Shown: positions 1 to 9,861 of the stretch, piece by piece | How the letters are laid out: every line of letters starts with the position of its first letter | How positions within the stretch are numbered: the first letter of the stretch is position 1 | IMG/VR virus record: IMGVR_UViG_3300031963_000006 | Span: 62,001-126,000 of that record | Strand: one strand, 5' to 3' | DNA: 64,000 nucleotides | Made by a program: the position numbers and the translations under genes | Notes under the pieces: generated by a model | What the model saw: only the letters and a program-made list of their open reading frames with translations | Database searches by the model: none | Told to the model about the DNA's origin: nothing

Positions 1-668
1 GTATTAATATTACCATAACATCTGCGGCAACTAATACACTTGTATTTAGTGCGGGAACAGGTGGAGCCGGTGCCGTTAGTTCAGTTACTGCAGGCTCAGG
101 ATTATCAGGTAATTCAACAACAGGGGCAATTACATTAATTAATACTCAAGTTCAAGGAATAACAGGAATTACCGCTGGTTCAGGTATTTCGGTTAGTACC
201 ACCGATAATGTAACCACAATAACAAATGGAGTACAAGTTGCAATGCTGACATCCGACCAAACCAGTCTTACAACAACACTTGCGGACATTACTGATTTAT
301 CTTTTGCGGTTGTTAGTGGGAGTATCTATAGATTTAGGTTTGTATTTCATTATGAGGCCTTTAATACCTCAACAGGTAGTAGATGGACTATTAATGGCCC
401 TACCACCAGCATTCTGTCATATAGGTCAATGTATACTTTAGGTGTTGGAACACAAACATTAAACCCAGCCATAAATACTTATGATACACCAGCGACAGCA
501 AACGCATCATCAACCGCAACCGCAGGAAATATTGCGATAGTTGAAGGTGTTATAAAACCTTCGGCCAATGGGACTGTTGTTGCAAGATTTGCTTCAGAGT
601 TTCCGATTGCCGGTGCTTTTATTAGAGCAAAAGAAGGGTCATATGTTGAATATCAAAAAATTTCATAA
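1..668 (+). CDS. Tail fibre-like protein, 5'-truncated (ORF open from window start)
   Basis: The frame of the 243..668 ORF has no stop back to base 3. It is Gly/Ser/Thr-rich with repeated SVTAGSGLSG / ITAGSGISV units typical of fibre shafts, followed by a beta-rich C-terminal domain. Confidence 0.6.
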   Translation, partial: INITITSAATNTLVFSAGTGGAGAVSSVTAGSGLSGNSTTGAITLINTQVQGITGITAGSGISVSTTDNVTTITNGVQVAMLTSDQTSLTTTLADITDLSFAVVSGSIYRFRFVFHYEAFNTSTGSRWTINGPTTSILSYRSMYTLGVGTQTLNPAINTYDTPATANASSTATAGNIAIVEGVIKPSANGTVVARFASEFPIAGAFIRAKEGSYVEYQKIS

Positions 669-670
669 GT

Positions 671-871
671 ATGAAAAAATATATAATATACAATTATGTC
701 GGGAATGGATTTTGGGGCGGGGAATCTCGAGGATTCCAAGAAGGATTTGTTTATAACGATAAAGTAGAAATATTCGAATCTAAAATTGATGCCGAAAATG
801 AAATAACTAGCAACATCATATCTAATTATCAAGGAGTATTTGAGGTAATAGAGGTTTTCAGAAATATATAA
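671..871 (+). CDS. Hypothetical protein (66 aa)
   Basis: ATG 2 nt after the upstream stop; fills the gap before the glycosyltransferase cluster. Confidence 0.65.
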   Translation: MKKYIIYNYVGNGFWGGESRGFQEGFVYNDKVEIFESKIDAENEITSNIISNYQGVFEVIEVFRNI

Positions 872-944
872 TCAATTTCAAAGATTTATTATTTCCTATT
901 TAATATTCATATTTAAATTTTATTAAAAAATATAAGATTTAATT

Positions 945-2195
945 ATGAACAGAATATTCGTACAAATCGCAAGTTACAGAGACCCTGAGCTCGTCCCAAC
1001 AATTAAAAGTATGTTGGAAAATGCAAAAAAACCAAAAAATTTAAGATTCGGTATTGCTCGTCAATTTCACCCTGAGGACGGTTTTGATGACCTTTCAGAA
1101 TGGAAAAAAGATAAAAGATTTAGAGTTTTAGATATTCCTCATATGGATTCTGAAGGAGTTTGTTGGGCAAGAAATTTAACTCAACAATTGTACGAAGGTG
1201 AAGAATATACAATGCAAATCGATTCACATATGAGGTTTGAAAAGGATTGGGATGTTGAGTTTATTTCAATGATTAAACAACTTCAAAAAGATGGTTACCC
1301 AAAACCATTATTGACAGGTTACGTTTCATCTTTTGACCCTGATAATGACCCACAAGGTCGCGTTAGAGAACCATGGAGAATGGTATTTGACCGTTTTATT
1401 CCTGAAGGGGCAGTATTCTTTTTACCAGAATCAATTCCTGGATGGCAGATGATGACAAAACCAATTCCGGCTCGTTTCTATTCGGCTCACTTCTGTTTTA
1501 CACTAGGAGCGTTTAGTGAAGAAGTTCAACATGACCCTGATTTTTATTTCCACGGAGAAGAGATTTCGATAGCCGCAAGAGCGTATACCTGGGGTTATGA
1601 TTTATTCCACCCTCATAAAGTTCTTGTATGGCATGAATATACTCGTAAAGGTAGAGTTAAACAGTGGGATGATGTTAGAGATTGGGGTAAGAAAAATGAC
1701 TACTGTCACAAAAAGAATCGCTCATTGTTTGGAATGGATGATGAAGGAGAGATGGACCATGGTAAATATGGATTTGGTCCAATCAGAAGTTTAAGAGATT
1801 ATGAAAAATATTCAGGTTTGTTATTCTCAAAAAGAGCAGTACAACAATACACTTTAGATAAAGAATATCCACCAAATCCATATAACTACGCAAGTGAAGA
1901 AGAATGGATGAACGATTTTGCGGCAATATTCAAGCACTGTATTGATGTTGGTTATTCTCAAGTACCTGAAACTGACTATGAATTTTGGGTAGTTGCTTTC
2001 CATGATGAAAATGATGAGACAATTTATAGAAAAGATGCTGACCCTGGTGAAATTAATATGATGATGAATGACCCCGATGGTTACTGCAAAGTTTGGAGAG
2101 AATTTGAAACCTCAAAGAAACCAAAGTATTGGGTAGTTTGGCCATACTCAGTATCTAAAGGATGGTGTGAGAGAATAAGCGGAAATTTATATTAA
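945..2195 (+). CDS. GT60-like protein N-acetylglucosaminyltransferase (Skp1-hydroxyproline GlcNAc-transferase/Gnt1 family)
   Basis: Motifs IFVQIASYRDPEL, YTMQIDSHMRF..WD, SAHFCF, FHGEEISIAARAYTWGYDLFHP and VWHEY match the GT60/PF11397 pattern as I recall it. There is an extra ~100-aa C-terminal domain. Confidence 0.8.
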   Translation: MNRIFVQIASYRDPELVPTIKSMLENAKKPKNLRFGIARQFHPEDGFDDLSEWKKDKRFRVLDIPHMDSEGVCWARNLTQQLYEGEEYTMQIDSHMRFEKDWDVEFISMIKQLQKDGYPKPLLTGYVSSFDPDNDPQGRVREPWRMVFDRFIPEGAVFFLPESIPGWQMMTKPIPARFYSAHFCFTLGAFSEEVQHDPDFYFHGEEISIAARAYTWGYDLFHPHKVLVWHEYTRKGRVKQWDDVRDWGKKNDYCHKKNRSLFGMDDEGEMDHGKYGFGPIRSLRDYEKYSGLLFSKRAVQQYTLDKEYPPNPYNYASEEEWMNDFAAIFKHCIDVGYSQVPETDYEFWVVAFHDENDETIYRKDADPGEINMMMNDPDGYCKVWREFETSKKPKYWVVWPYSVSKGWCERISGNLY

Positions 2196-2201
2196 TTTAA
2201 T

Positions 2202-3146
2202 ATGAAATTAAGAATCCATAATCCAACTAATGAGATTACAAAAAAAAATCGTGATTATAATGTTTTTTGGGATGATTTAACTATTGAACTAAAAAAAAAT
2301 AACGAAGTTTATGAAAACAGATTTTTTGAGCAAGCTCATTTTGATAGATTTAATGTGAATTTTAAATCTTTATCAAAACAAGACGGATTATTAATGTTAG
2401 AATGCGAATATCTCATAGAAAATATTGAAACGGGTGATTTTTTAATTTTTTCAGTGGCAGATGATTTAACACACTGTATATTAGATGAGAGAAGTAACCC
2501 AAAACTAAAAAAAGTTTTTGTTTCTCAATTTATAGACTATAAAATAAAACATCACGTAGATGATTATTTTGAAAAATATTCTCCTTGGATTTATTTTCCT
2601 AGTTTTGATGTTGATTTAGAGCAATTTTACCAAAAAAGAAAGGAGAAAAACTCATTTGTTGATAAATTATTTTTTAGGGGGGCAACCGCACATAGACCAA
2701 TTATTAACCATTTTGATAGAAACATTTTAGAAGGATTAAATCCGATAAATACTAATGACTATTTTAATGAGCTAATAAATTACAGCATTGGTTTATCAAT
2801 TGCGGGGGTCGGAGAATTATGTTATAGGGATGTGGAATATATGGCATTAGGAATTCCATTTATACGGTTTGAGTTCCAGTCTCAATTAATTGAGCCATTA
2901 ATACCAGGACATCATTATATTTCAATACCGTATGATAATTCTATCCCAAAACATAACGAAGTTTTTACAGACAGATTAGGAGAATTTAATCACGCAAAAA
3001 TTATTGAGAGTAAATTTAAAGAAATAATTAACGATAAAGAATATTTAAAATTTGTTGGCGAAAACGCAAGAAAATATTATGAAAAGAATTTATCAAAAAA
3101 ATCAAGATTAGAAAACTCAATTAAATTAATAAATGAAATATTATGA
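2202..3146 (+). CDS. Putative GT-B glycosyltransferase (CgeB/GT90/exostosin-like C-terminal domain)
   Basis: KLFFRG, then YSIGLSIAGVGELCYRDVEYMALGIPFI, PLIPGHHYISI and VGENARKYY: the typical donor-binding C-terminal GT-B pattern. Confidence 0.6.
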   Translation: MKLRIHNPTNEITKKNRDYNVFWDDLTIELKKNNEVYENRFFEQAHFDRFNVNFKSLSKQDGLLMLECEYLIENIETGDFLIFSVADDLTHCILDERSNPKLKKVFVSQFIDYKIKHHVDDYFEKYSPWIYFPSFDVDLEQFYQKRKEKNSFVDKLFFRGATAHRPIINHFDRNILEGLNPINTNDYFNELINYSIGLSIAGVGELCYRDVEYMALGIPFIRFEFQSQLIEPLIPGHHYISIPYDNSIPKHNEVFTDRLGEFNHAKIIESKFKEIINDKEYLKFVGENARKYYEKNLSKKSRLENSIKLINEIL

Positions 3147-5395
3147 AAACTTTAATATATACATCAATATATTCTAACCTATGGGGTACCGAATTTGGAG
3201 GGAGACCTAGCAGAGAATTGCATTATAAATATAGTTTATTATCAATTTTAAAACTTAATCCTGATAAACTAATATGTTTCACTAGCGAGGAAGAACTGGG
3301 TGAGTTAAAATCTTGGTTTTATGAAATAAATAAAATTTCAGAAGATAAATTAGAATTTATTGTTTTTGATTTAACTGAAAGTCGTTTTTTCAATGAAATT
3401 AGAAATTTAAAAAATTTGTCAGAAATTATAACTTCGGATAGATGTTATGAAATACAATATAATAAATTTTTTTGGTTGGAAAACATTACAAATATTGAAG
3501 ACTATGAAAAAATTTATTGGTTTGATGCCGGACTATCCCATGGGGGGTTATTTCCTGAAGAGTATTCTTATGGACAAGGGTTCCAAAAACATTTTTCATT
3601 TACAGTATTTAATGAAGATTATTTAAATTACTTAAATACAATAACTAAAGACAAAATTGTGATTGTTAGTAAAAACAACAGCGGTAGATTTTATTGGAGC
3701 TCCTCAATTCCAACAAAGTATTATGACAGTTATAACAATAGTGAACATATTATTGGTGGTTTTTTTGGGGGAAACGTAAGCTTAATGGTAGAATTTAAAA
3801 ATCAATTTGAAAAAATACTTTTTTCATTATTAACAAATGAATCCGAATTATATCATGAAGAATTGATTATGTCTTTTATGTATTTTAATAATCCTGTACT
3901 GTTTACGCCATTAAAATTTGATGATTGGTATAATAGAAATAATCCAGAAACAAATAGTTTAATTATTAAGTATTTTTATGAAATTTTTAAAATAAAATCC
4001 TCCTCTAAAATTTGCATCGCAACCTCTTGTATTGAGATTAATGGTGGAAGTCATTATGTCGAAAAAACTAAAAATCTTATAGAAAGTTATTTAAAATATA
4101 CAAAATATGATTTAGTCATATTAACTAACCAAATGAAACAATTTGAGGAAATAAAAAATTACCGAGTTAAATTTTTTAATTACTACGATAATTTTAATGA
4201 GCCTTTAACATCGGCAAACTTTTTTAATATGCACCTAAAACGGTTACCAATTAAATTATCATTAAATTTAGGATATGAAATTATTTTTTATAATGATTGT
4301 GATTGTTTTATAACAGGATGGGATAATGATAGTTTTATAGAAAAATGTAATGAAGATTTTGATGTGGCATTTGTTTCCCACGCCAATCCCCAATTGGGTG
4401 GATTGAGGTCTATTTATAAACATTTTCAGGATAAGATAGATATTGAATTTAATGAACTATATTATGATGAATTAGATAACGCTCCAAATCCGGCCGAAAC
4501 TAGAGTCATTTTCAAAAAAAATGAAAAATTAATTAAATTTTTACATTTTTGGGATTTAGTTTCTTATAAAAACAACGATTATTTTACATACCATGATGGT
4601 GTTTATTTTGGAACATCGGCGATATACTCAGGTATGAAAATGATTGGAATAACTCCATTCGATGAATTTACAAAATATTGTAGAATAAGTCATGATGGAG
4701 GCGAATTAGACTATTTTGGTATTAAAATTATAGAAAACACGGTTGATATGGAACAAAATCATACAGAAATTGAAAGTTATGTTCACGGCTCCTTTAATTA
4801 TAAAGGACTTTCTATGTTACAACATAGAAATATAAATGATAAATTTAAGAAATTGTTAGAAACGACTAAACCAAAAAAAATTATAGAAATTGGTACTGAG
4901 TTCGGTGGGCTAACACTTTTGTTACAAGACATTGTACATGAATTAAATTTAGATACTATCATAAGAACTTATGATATAAAAGACCCAGTTTTTCTTTTAA
5001 GTCACCCTGAGTTAAAAGATAACGTTGAAATTATAAAAAAAGATTTATTTTTATATAATCCATTTAGATTATCAGAAAATTCTACCAAAGAACTCAAAGA
5101 GTTTATGTCAGATGACGGGGTTAACATAATATTATGTGACGGAGGGGATAAAAAAAATGAATTCAACGCTCTTTCAAAAATACTGAATGATGGTGATATA
5201 ATCATGTTACATGATTATATTACAGATGAACACGAGTTTCAAGAAAAATTTTTAAATAAAATTTGGAATTGGCACGAATCAAAATTTTCAGATATTGAAA
5301 TCTCAGTTAAGGAAAATAATTTAGAACCTTTTATGCCTGATGATTTTTTACAAGTCGTATGGGGTTCATTTATTAAAAAAAGAAATGAGGGCTAA
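3143..5395 (+). CDS. Three-domain protein: HtrL/YibB-like + GT-A-like (DxD) + class I SAM methyltransferase
   Basis: N-terminal YNKFFWL..YWFDAGL..GGFFGG..HEELIMS (HtrL-like); middle FYNDCDCF (DxD); C-terminal IIEIGTEFGG..ILCDGG..IMLHDY (SAM methyltransferase). ATGA overlap with the upstream gene. Confidence 0.65.
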   Translation: MKTLIYTSIYSNLWGTEFGGRPSRELHYKYSLLSILKLNPDKLICFTSEEELGELKSWFYEINKISEDKLEFIVFDLTESRFFNEIRNLKNLSEIITSDRCYEIQYNKFFWLENITNIEDYEKIYWFDAGLSHGGLFPEEYSYGQGFQKHFSFTVFNEDYLNYLNTITKDKIVIVSKNNSGRFYWSSSIPTKYYDSYNNSEHIIGGFFGGNVSLMVEFKNQFEKILFSLLTNESELYHEELIMSFMYFNNPVLFTPLKFDDWYNRNNPETNSLIIKYFYEIFKIKSSSKICIATSCIEINGGSHYVEKTKNLIESYLKYTKYDLVILTNQMKQFEEIKNYRVKFFNYYDNFNEPLTSANFFNMHLKRLPIKLSLNLGYEIIFYNDCDCFITGWDNDSFIEKCNEDFDVAFVSHANPQLGGLRSIYKHFQDKIDIEFNELYYDELDNAPNPAETRVIFKKNEKLIKFLHFWDLVSYKNNDYFTYHDGVYFGTSAIYSGMKMIGITPFDEFTKYCRISHDGGELDYFGIKIIENTVDMEQNHTEIESYVHGSFNYKGLSMLQHRNINDKFKKLLETTKPKKIIEIGTEFGGLTLLLQDIVHELNLDTIIRTYDIKDPVFLLSHPELKDNVEIIKKDLFLYNPFRLSENSTKELKEFMSDDGVNIILCDGGDKKNEFNALSKILNDGDIIMLHDYITDEHEFQEKFLNKIWNWHESKFSDIEISVKENNLEPFMPDDFLQVVWGSFIKKRNEG

Positions 5396-6281
5396 AATTA
5401 TTCTCCATTGCATTTCAGGATTCGGGGACCAATATGCAAATATTTTGACAGGATACAAAGCATGTAAAGATTTTACTAATTTCGGGTACGAAGTTGAAAT
5501 TTTATGGATAAATAAAAATTTATACTTTTCTCCAGATTTACCTTTAGATTATCTTTATGACTTTAGTCTTTTTAAAAAAATGAATATAAAAATAAATTAT
5601 ATACATAATGAGTCTGAGATTTCAGACGGTTTTTTATATTTAAACACCGGTCAAAACGCAATAAAAATATTTGTTGACAAAATAATCGATGAAATTAATG
5701 AATATGAATTACCTGTTTTTGACTATTTTGGTTTTCGCAGAAACTCTTACTCGTCTTTTTGTCCTGAAAAATTACCTGATTTTGATTATCAGTTTATAAA
5801 TGAAGAAGTACTTGAAATTGGAAATAAGTTTATAGAAAAAAAATCAAAAATTAAATCTGTTCATTTTAGATGTGACGATTTATTTATTCTTTCAGATTAT
5901 GATATTGTACTCGAAGATGTTTTTTATAACTCAATGATTAATAGGGTTTACGAATTTATTGAAATGAATAATAATCAGGATATAATGATTTGTTCTAACA
6001 ATAAAAGTTTAGTAAAACATATTACAAAAAATTTCAAAAATACATTTTATAATACATTTGATAGTGACTTAGATTTACATTATTCATATAATAAAAATTA
6101 TGAAGAAATGATTAATATTAATCACGCTAGACAAATTGTGGCAGAAATGACCTTATTTTCAAGATGTGATAATATTTTCACTGTTAGTAAAAGTCTATCA
6201 AACTTTTTAACATACGGTGTTGCTCATAATCATTATCATAAGGACTGGGATACTAAAATAAAAAATTTAATAACTAATTAA
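5385..6281 (+). CDS. Putative GDP-sugar-dependent GT-B transferase (NodZ/GT23/GT11 fucosyltransferase-like)
   Basis: SGFGDQ (GxG[N/D]Q), SVHFRCDD (HxRxxD) and AEMTLFSRCDNIF..S.S.F motifs. The likely start is the ATG at 5385 (MRAKII), not 5340. Confidence 0.6.
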   Translation: MRAKIILHCISGFGDQYANILTGYKACKDFTNFGYEVEILWINKNLYFSPDLPLDYLYDFSLFKKMNIKINYIHNESEISDGFLYLNTGQNAIKIFVDKIIDEINEYELPVFDYFGFRRNSYSSFCPEKLPDFDYQFINEEVLEIGNKFIEKKSKIKSVHFRCDDLFILSDYDIVLEDVFYNSMINRVYEFIEMNNNQDIMICSNNKSLVKHITKNFKNTFYNTFDSDLDLHYSYNKNYEEMININHARQIVAEMTLFSRCDNIFTVSKSLSNFLTYGVAHNHYHKDWDTKIKNLITN

Positions 6282-6289
6282 AAAATATT

Positions 6290-6889
6290 ATGGATTGTTT
6301 TTCACAAATTGGTCAAGATAAAATAGTTTTAAAATACTTAAAAAATAAACAAAATGGTTTTTTTGTAGATATTGGTTGCGGATATCCTAAAAATATTAAC
6401 AATACTTATTTATTAGAAAGTAAATATAACTGGAACGGAATATCTATCGATTTAAATGATTGTAAAGAGGATAATGGTGAAGGATGGGAAAGTATACGTA
6501 AAACTAAAAGAATTCTTTCTGATGCTCTAACAATAAATTATTCTGATTTATTTAAAAATAATAATTTACCATATAATGTTGATTATTTAAGCTTGGATTT
6601 AGAACCACCAGAATTAACGCTAGAATGTTTATATAAAATACCTTTTGACGAGTATAATTTCAACGTAATCTCATTTGAGATTGACACTGGTAGAGAAGGT
6701 GATTATTACAGAATCTCAAAAAGCCGCGAATTTTTACAGTCTAAAGGTTACACATTAATTGGTTCTTTGTGTGGAGGGCAGGATGACATATATCTACATA
6801 ATTCAATATCTCACTTAAAAAATGAATTTAAATTTGAGGACCCATCAATTGAATGGACAACTTGGCCCCAATCTACATTATATAAATAA
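6290..6889 (+). CDS. FkbM-family methyltransferase
   Basis: FSQIGQD..GFFVDIGCG...NNTYLLE...WNGISID and VDYLSLDLE...FNVISFE. Confidence 0.75.
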   Translation: MDCFSQIGQDKIVLKYLKNKQNGFFVDIGCGYPKNINNTYLLESKYNWNGISIDLNDCKEDNGEGWESIRKTKRILSDALTINYSDLFKNNNLPYNVDYLSLDLEPPELTLECLYKIPFDEYNFNVISFEIDTGREGDYYRISKSREFLQSKGYTLIGSLCGGQDDIYLHNSISHLKNEFKFEDPSIEWTTWPQSTLYK

Positions 6890-6907
6890 ACATTAAAAAT
6901 ATTAAAC

Positions 6908-9277
6908 ATGATTTTTCAAAATAAGATAACTAAAAAAAGTAATTTAGTAGATAACGATAGTTTGTCGGTTTATAATAATGAATGGGTTGCCCAACAAAAT
7001 CATAACGCATTCGAAATTTTCTTTTATTTCATAAAGGAGACCAGACCTAAAAGAATTTTAGAAATAGGAACTGCTCTAGGTGGATTTACTTATTTTTTAA
7101 AAGATACTTGTAATTCTCTAAATATAGATTGTGAAATAATGTCATTTGATATAAATGAAAATCATACATATGAAAAATTAAAAGAATTTGGAGTTGATGT
7201 GAGCGTTGAAAATATTTTTGACTCAAATTATACTACAGTTTCACAAAGTGTTATTGACTTTATTCAATCTGAAGGAACTACAATTGTATTGTGTGATGGT
7301 GGTAATAAAAAATTAGAATTTAATATTTTGTCAAATTATTTAAAAGAAAATGATTTTATATTAGGACATGACTATTCATACGATAAAGAATATTTTGATA
7401 ATAATATAAATCTTAAAATTTGGAATTGGTTAGAATTAACTGAAAAAGATATTGAGGAACCATGTAATAGAAATAATTTAGTTGATTACAGAAGAGATTT
7501 ATTCCAATCTGTTGTTTGGGTATGTAAAATGAAATCTGATGAAAAAATAAATGAACCTAAAGAAAATGAGAATATAGAAATTATGGAACCTGAGAACTTA
7601 AGTCACACAACTTTTGTAACAGGATTGTGGAACATTAAAAGAGATTCATTAACTGAAGGATGGTCTAGAAGTTTCGACCATTATTTGGAAAAATTTAATG
7701 AATTATTAAAAGTAAATGTTAACTTAATTATTTTTGGAGAAAAGGAATTAGAGTCTTTTGTTTGGGAAAGAAGAAGTAAATCAAACACGCAATTTATAGA
7801 AAGAAGTGTAGAATGGTTTAAGTCATCTGTACCGTATGAAAAAATTCAAGAGATTAGAAACAATCCTGAATGGTACGGTCAGTCAGGATGGCTTCCCGAC
7901 TCAACACAAGCGAAATTAGAATGGTATAATCCATTAGTCATGTCAAAAATGTTTTTACTACATGATGCAAAAATAATGGACCAATTTAATTCGGATGAAA
8001 TGTATTGGATTGATGCAGGATTATCAAACACGGTTCATCCAGGTTATTTTACTCACGATAAGGTACAAAATAAACTGAGTAAGTATTTTAATAAATTTAG
8101 TTTTGTTTGTTTCCCATACGAAGCGTCAAATGAAATTCATGGGTTTTCTTATCCTAAAATAAATGAATACGCCGGTTCAAATGTAAATTTGGTTGGTAGA
8201 GGAGGATTCTTCGGAGGACCTAAGGAAAGTATTTCTGAAATTAACTCAATCTATTATTCGATGTTGATTAATACCCTAACAGATGGATATATGGGCACTG
8301 AAGAATCAATATTTTCGATATTATTATACAAGTATTCTAATTTAATTAACTACTTTGAAATCGAAGATAATGGACTTATGGGTAAATTTTTTGAGGATTT
8401 GAAAAATGATACTTTAGAGGTCAAAACTAAACACACATTACCAAGTGGAGAACCTGTTAAAGATATTAGTAAGACATCACTATATGTGATTGGTTTTAAT
8501 AGTCCAAATCAACTAAAAACATTAATTCAATCTATGGTTGAATATGATGAGGATTTTATCAAAAAACCAAAGAAATATCTTTTGAATAACTCAACGGATA
8601 GAAGTACTGATTCGGGTTACGAAGAATTGTGTGCAATGTATGATTTTGAAATAATTAATCCTGGTGAAAACTTGGGTATATGTGGGGGTAGACAATTTGT
8701 TGCCGAACATTTTGATAAGACAGACTCAGAATTTTATTGGTGGTTTGAGGATGACATGTTTTTCTATCCAAAAAAAGGAGAAGTATGTAGAAATGGGTTT
8801 AATAGATACGTGAGTAATTTATACGATAAAAGTATGAGAATTGCTCAATCTGAGAATTTTGATTTTTTGAAGCTCAATTTTTCTGAGTTTTTTGGTGATA
8901 ATTCGGTGCAGTGGTCATGGTATAATACGCCGCAACATGTTAGAGAAGAGTTTTGGCCTCAAAATACTAAATTACCTCAAATGGGATTAGACCCAAATGC
9001 TCCGAGAACTGTCTTCAAAAATATTAAATCTTTAGATGGAGTTCCATATGCCGATGGAGAAATTTATTACTGCAACTGGCCACAAGTAATTTCTAAGAAA
9101 GGTAACCAAAAAATGTTTTTAGACACAAAGTGGGCACACCCATACGAACAGACTTGGATGTCGTTTATGTATCAGGAAACTAAAAAGGGTAACTTAAATG
9201 GTGGAATATTATTGATGACTCCTACTGAGCACAACCGTTTTGAACACTACGCGGCCGAACTTAGAAAAGAAAGTTAA
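6908..9277 (+). CDS. Three-domain protein: SAM methyltransferase + HtrL/YibB-like + GT2-like glycosyltransferase
   Basis: ILEIGTALGG..VLCDGG..ILGHDY; then SKMFLL..YWIDAGL..GGFFGG..GTEESIFS; then LLNNSTD..NLGICGGRQ..WWFEDDM. Confidence 0.65.
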   Translation: MIFQNKITKKSNLVDNDSLSVYNNEWVAQQNHNAFEIFFYFIKETRPKRILEIGTALGGFTYFLKDTCNSLNIDCEIMSFDINENHTYEKLKEFGVDVSVENIFDSNYTTVSQSVIDFIQSEGTTIVLCDGGNKKLEFNILSNYLKENDFILGHDYSYDKEYFDNNINLKIWNWLELTEKDIEEPCNRNNLVDYRRDLFQSVVWVCKMKSDEKINEPKENENIEIMEPENLSHTTFVTGLWNIKRDSLTEGWSRSFDHYLEKFNELLKVNVNLIIFGEKELESFVWERRSKSNTQFIERSVEWFKSSVPYEKIQEIRNNPEWYGQSGWLPDSTQAKLEWYNPLVMSKMFLLHDAKIMDQFNSDEMYWIDAGLSNTVHPGYFTHDKVQNKLSKYFNKFSFVCFPYEASNEIHGFSYPKINEYAGSNVNLVGRGGFFGGPKESISEINSIYYSMLINTLTDGYMGTEESIFSILLYKYSNLINYFEIEDNGLMGKFFEDLKNDTLEVKTKHTLPSGEPVKDISKTSLYVIGFNSPNQLKTLIQSMVEYDEDFIKKPKKYLLNNSTDRSTDSGYEELCAMYDFEIINPGENLGICGGRQFVAEHFDKTDSEFYWWFEDDMFFYPKKGEVCRNGFNRYVSNLYDKSMRIAQSENFDFLKLNFSEFFGDNSVQWSWYNTPQHVREEFWPQNTKLPQMGLDPNAPRTVFKNIKSLDGVPYADGEIYYCNWPQVISKKGNQKMFLDTKWAHPYEQTWMSFMYQETKKGNLNGGILLMTPTEHNRFEHYAAELRKES

Positions 9278-9861
9278 ATTATAACTTTATTACTTTTTTT
9301 CAAATTATCTTCAGCCCAAAGGGGCTGAAGATTTGTATAATGACATAGTTTAAAAATTTCATCCTCAGTTTTTGCAATTGACAAAGGGGTTATATGGTCA
9401 ATATGGATATATTGACCAACTAACTCCCAACTCATACCCTCAGTAAATTTAGATTCTATGTATTCCTTTAAGAATTCAGGGGTACATCCTATAATTTCAA
9501 ATGTTTTTCCCTTTTTAAAAGATTTCTTTGATTTAAGAAATAGTTGTAATCTGGCTCTCATAATGACCTTCAGTCTATATATTATATCGGTCTTATAATT
9601 ATACATAGCCCATTCTTTCTGATAAGTTGGATTTTTCTCGAACCACTTTTTTTTAGACGTTTTAACCTTTTCTTTGTTTTTGTTAACATATTTTTGTTTT
9701 ATAAGGTTAATTTTTTGTTTGTTTTTTTTATTGTAAATTACTGATAATTCATTAGAACAAATTTTACACTCAGGTCTTTTTCCATCACGACTTTTTTTTC
9801 TGTTGTAAAACTCACAAACCTCTTTTTCAATACCACATTTACTACACACTTTTGTTTCCAT
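9274..9861 (-). CDS. Free-standing HNH endonuclease with N-terminal CxxC...CxxC zinc-binding domain
   Basis: CSKC...CKIC at the N-terminus; HIDHITPLS...HYTNLQPLWAEDNLKKSN HNH core. Inverted relative to its flanking genes. Confidence 0.8.
   Translation of the reverse strand: METKVCSKCGIEKEVCEFYNRKKSRDGKRPECKICSNELSVIYNKKNKQKINLIKQKYVNKNKEKVKTSKKKWFEKNPTYQKEWAMYNYKTDIIYRLKVIMRARLQLFLKSKKSFKKGKTFEIIGCTPEFLKEYIESKFTEGMSWELVGQYIHIDHITPLSIAKTEDEIFKLCHYTNLQPLWAEDNLKKSNKVII
9307..9334 (+). terminator. Perfect 11-bp hairpin inside the HNH coding sequence; candidate terminator for the glyco cluster
   Basis: ATCTTCAGCCC-AAAG-GGGCTGAAGAT followed by TTG, 30 nt after the 9277 stop. The U-tail is short. 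Confidence 0.4.

Noticed and set aside
945-9277. Interpreting the GT cluster as DNA hypermodification or an integrated host LPS island
   Set aside because: No base-hydroxymethylase or T4 alpha/beta-glucosyltransferase motifs, and no flippase, polymerase or sugar-synthesis genes, were seen. Composition and gene spacing match the phage. This is not fully excluded, since partner genes may lie outside the window.
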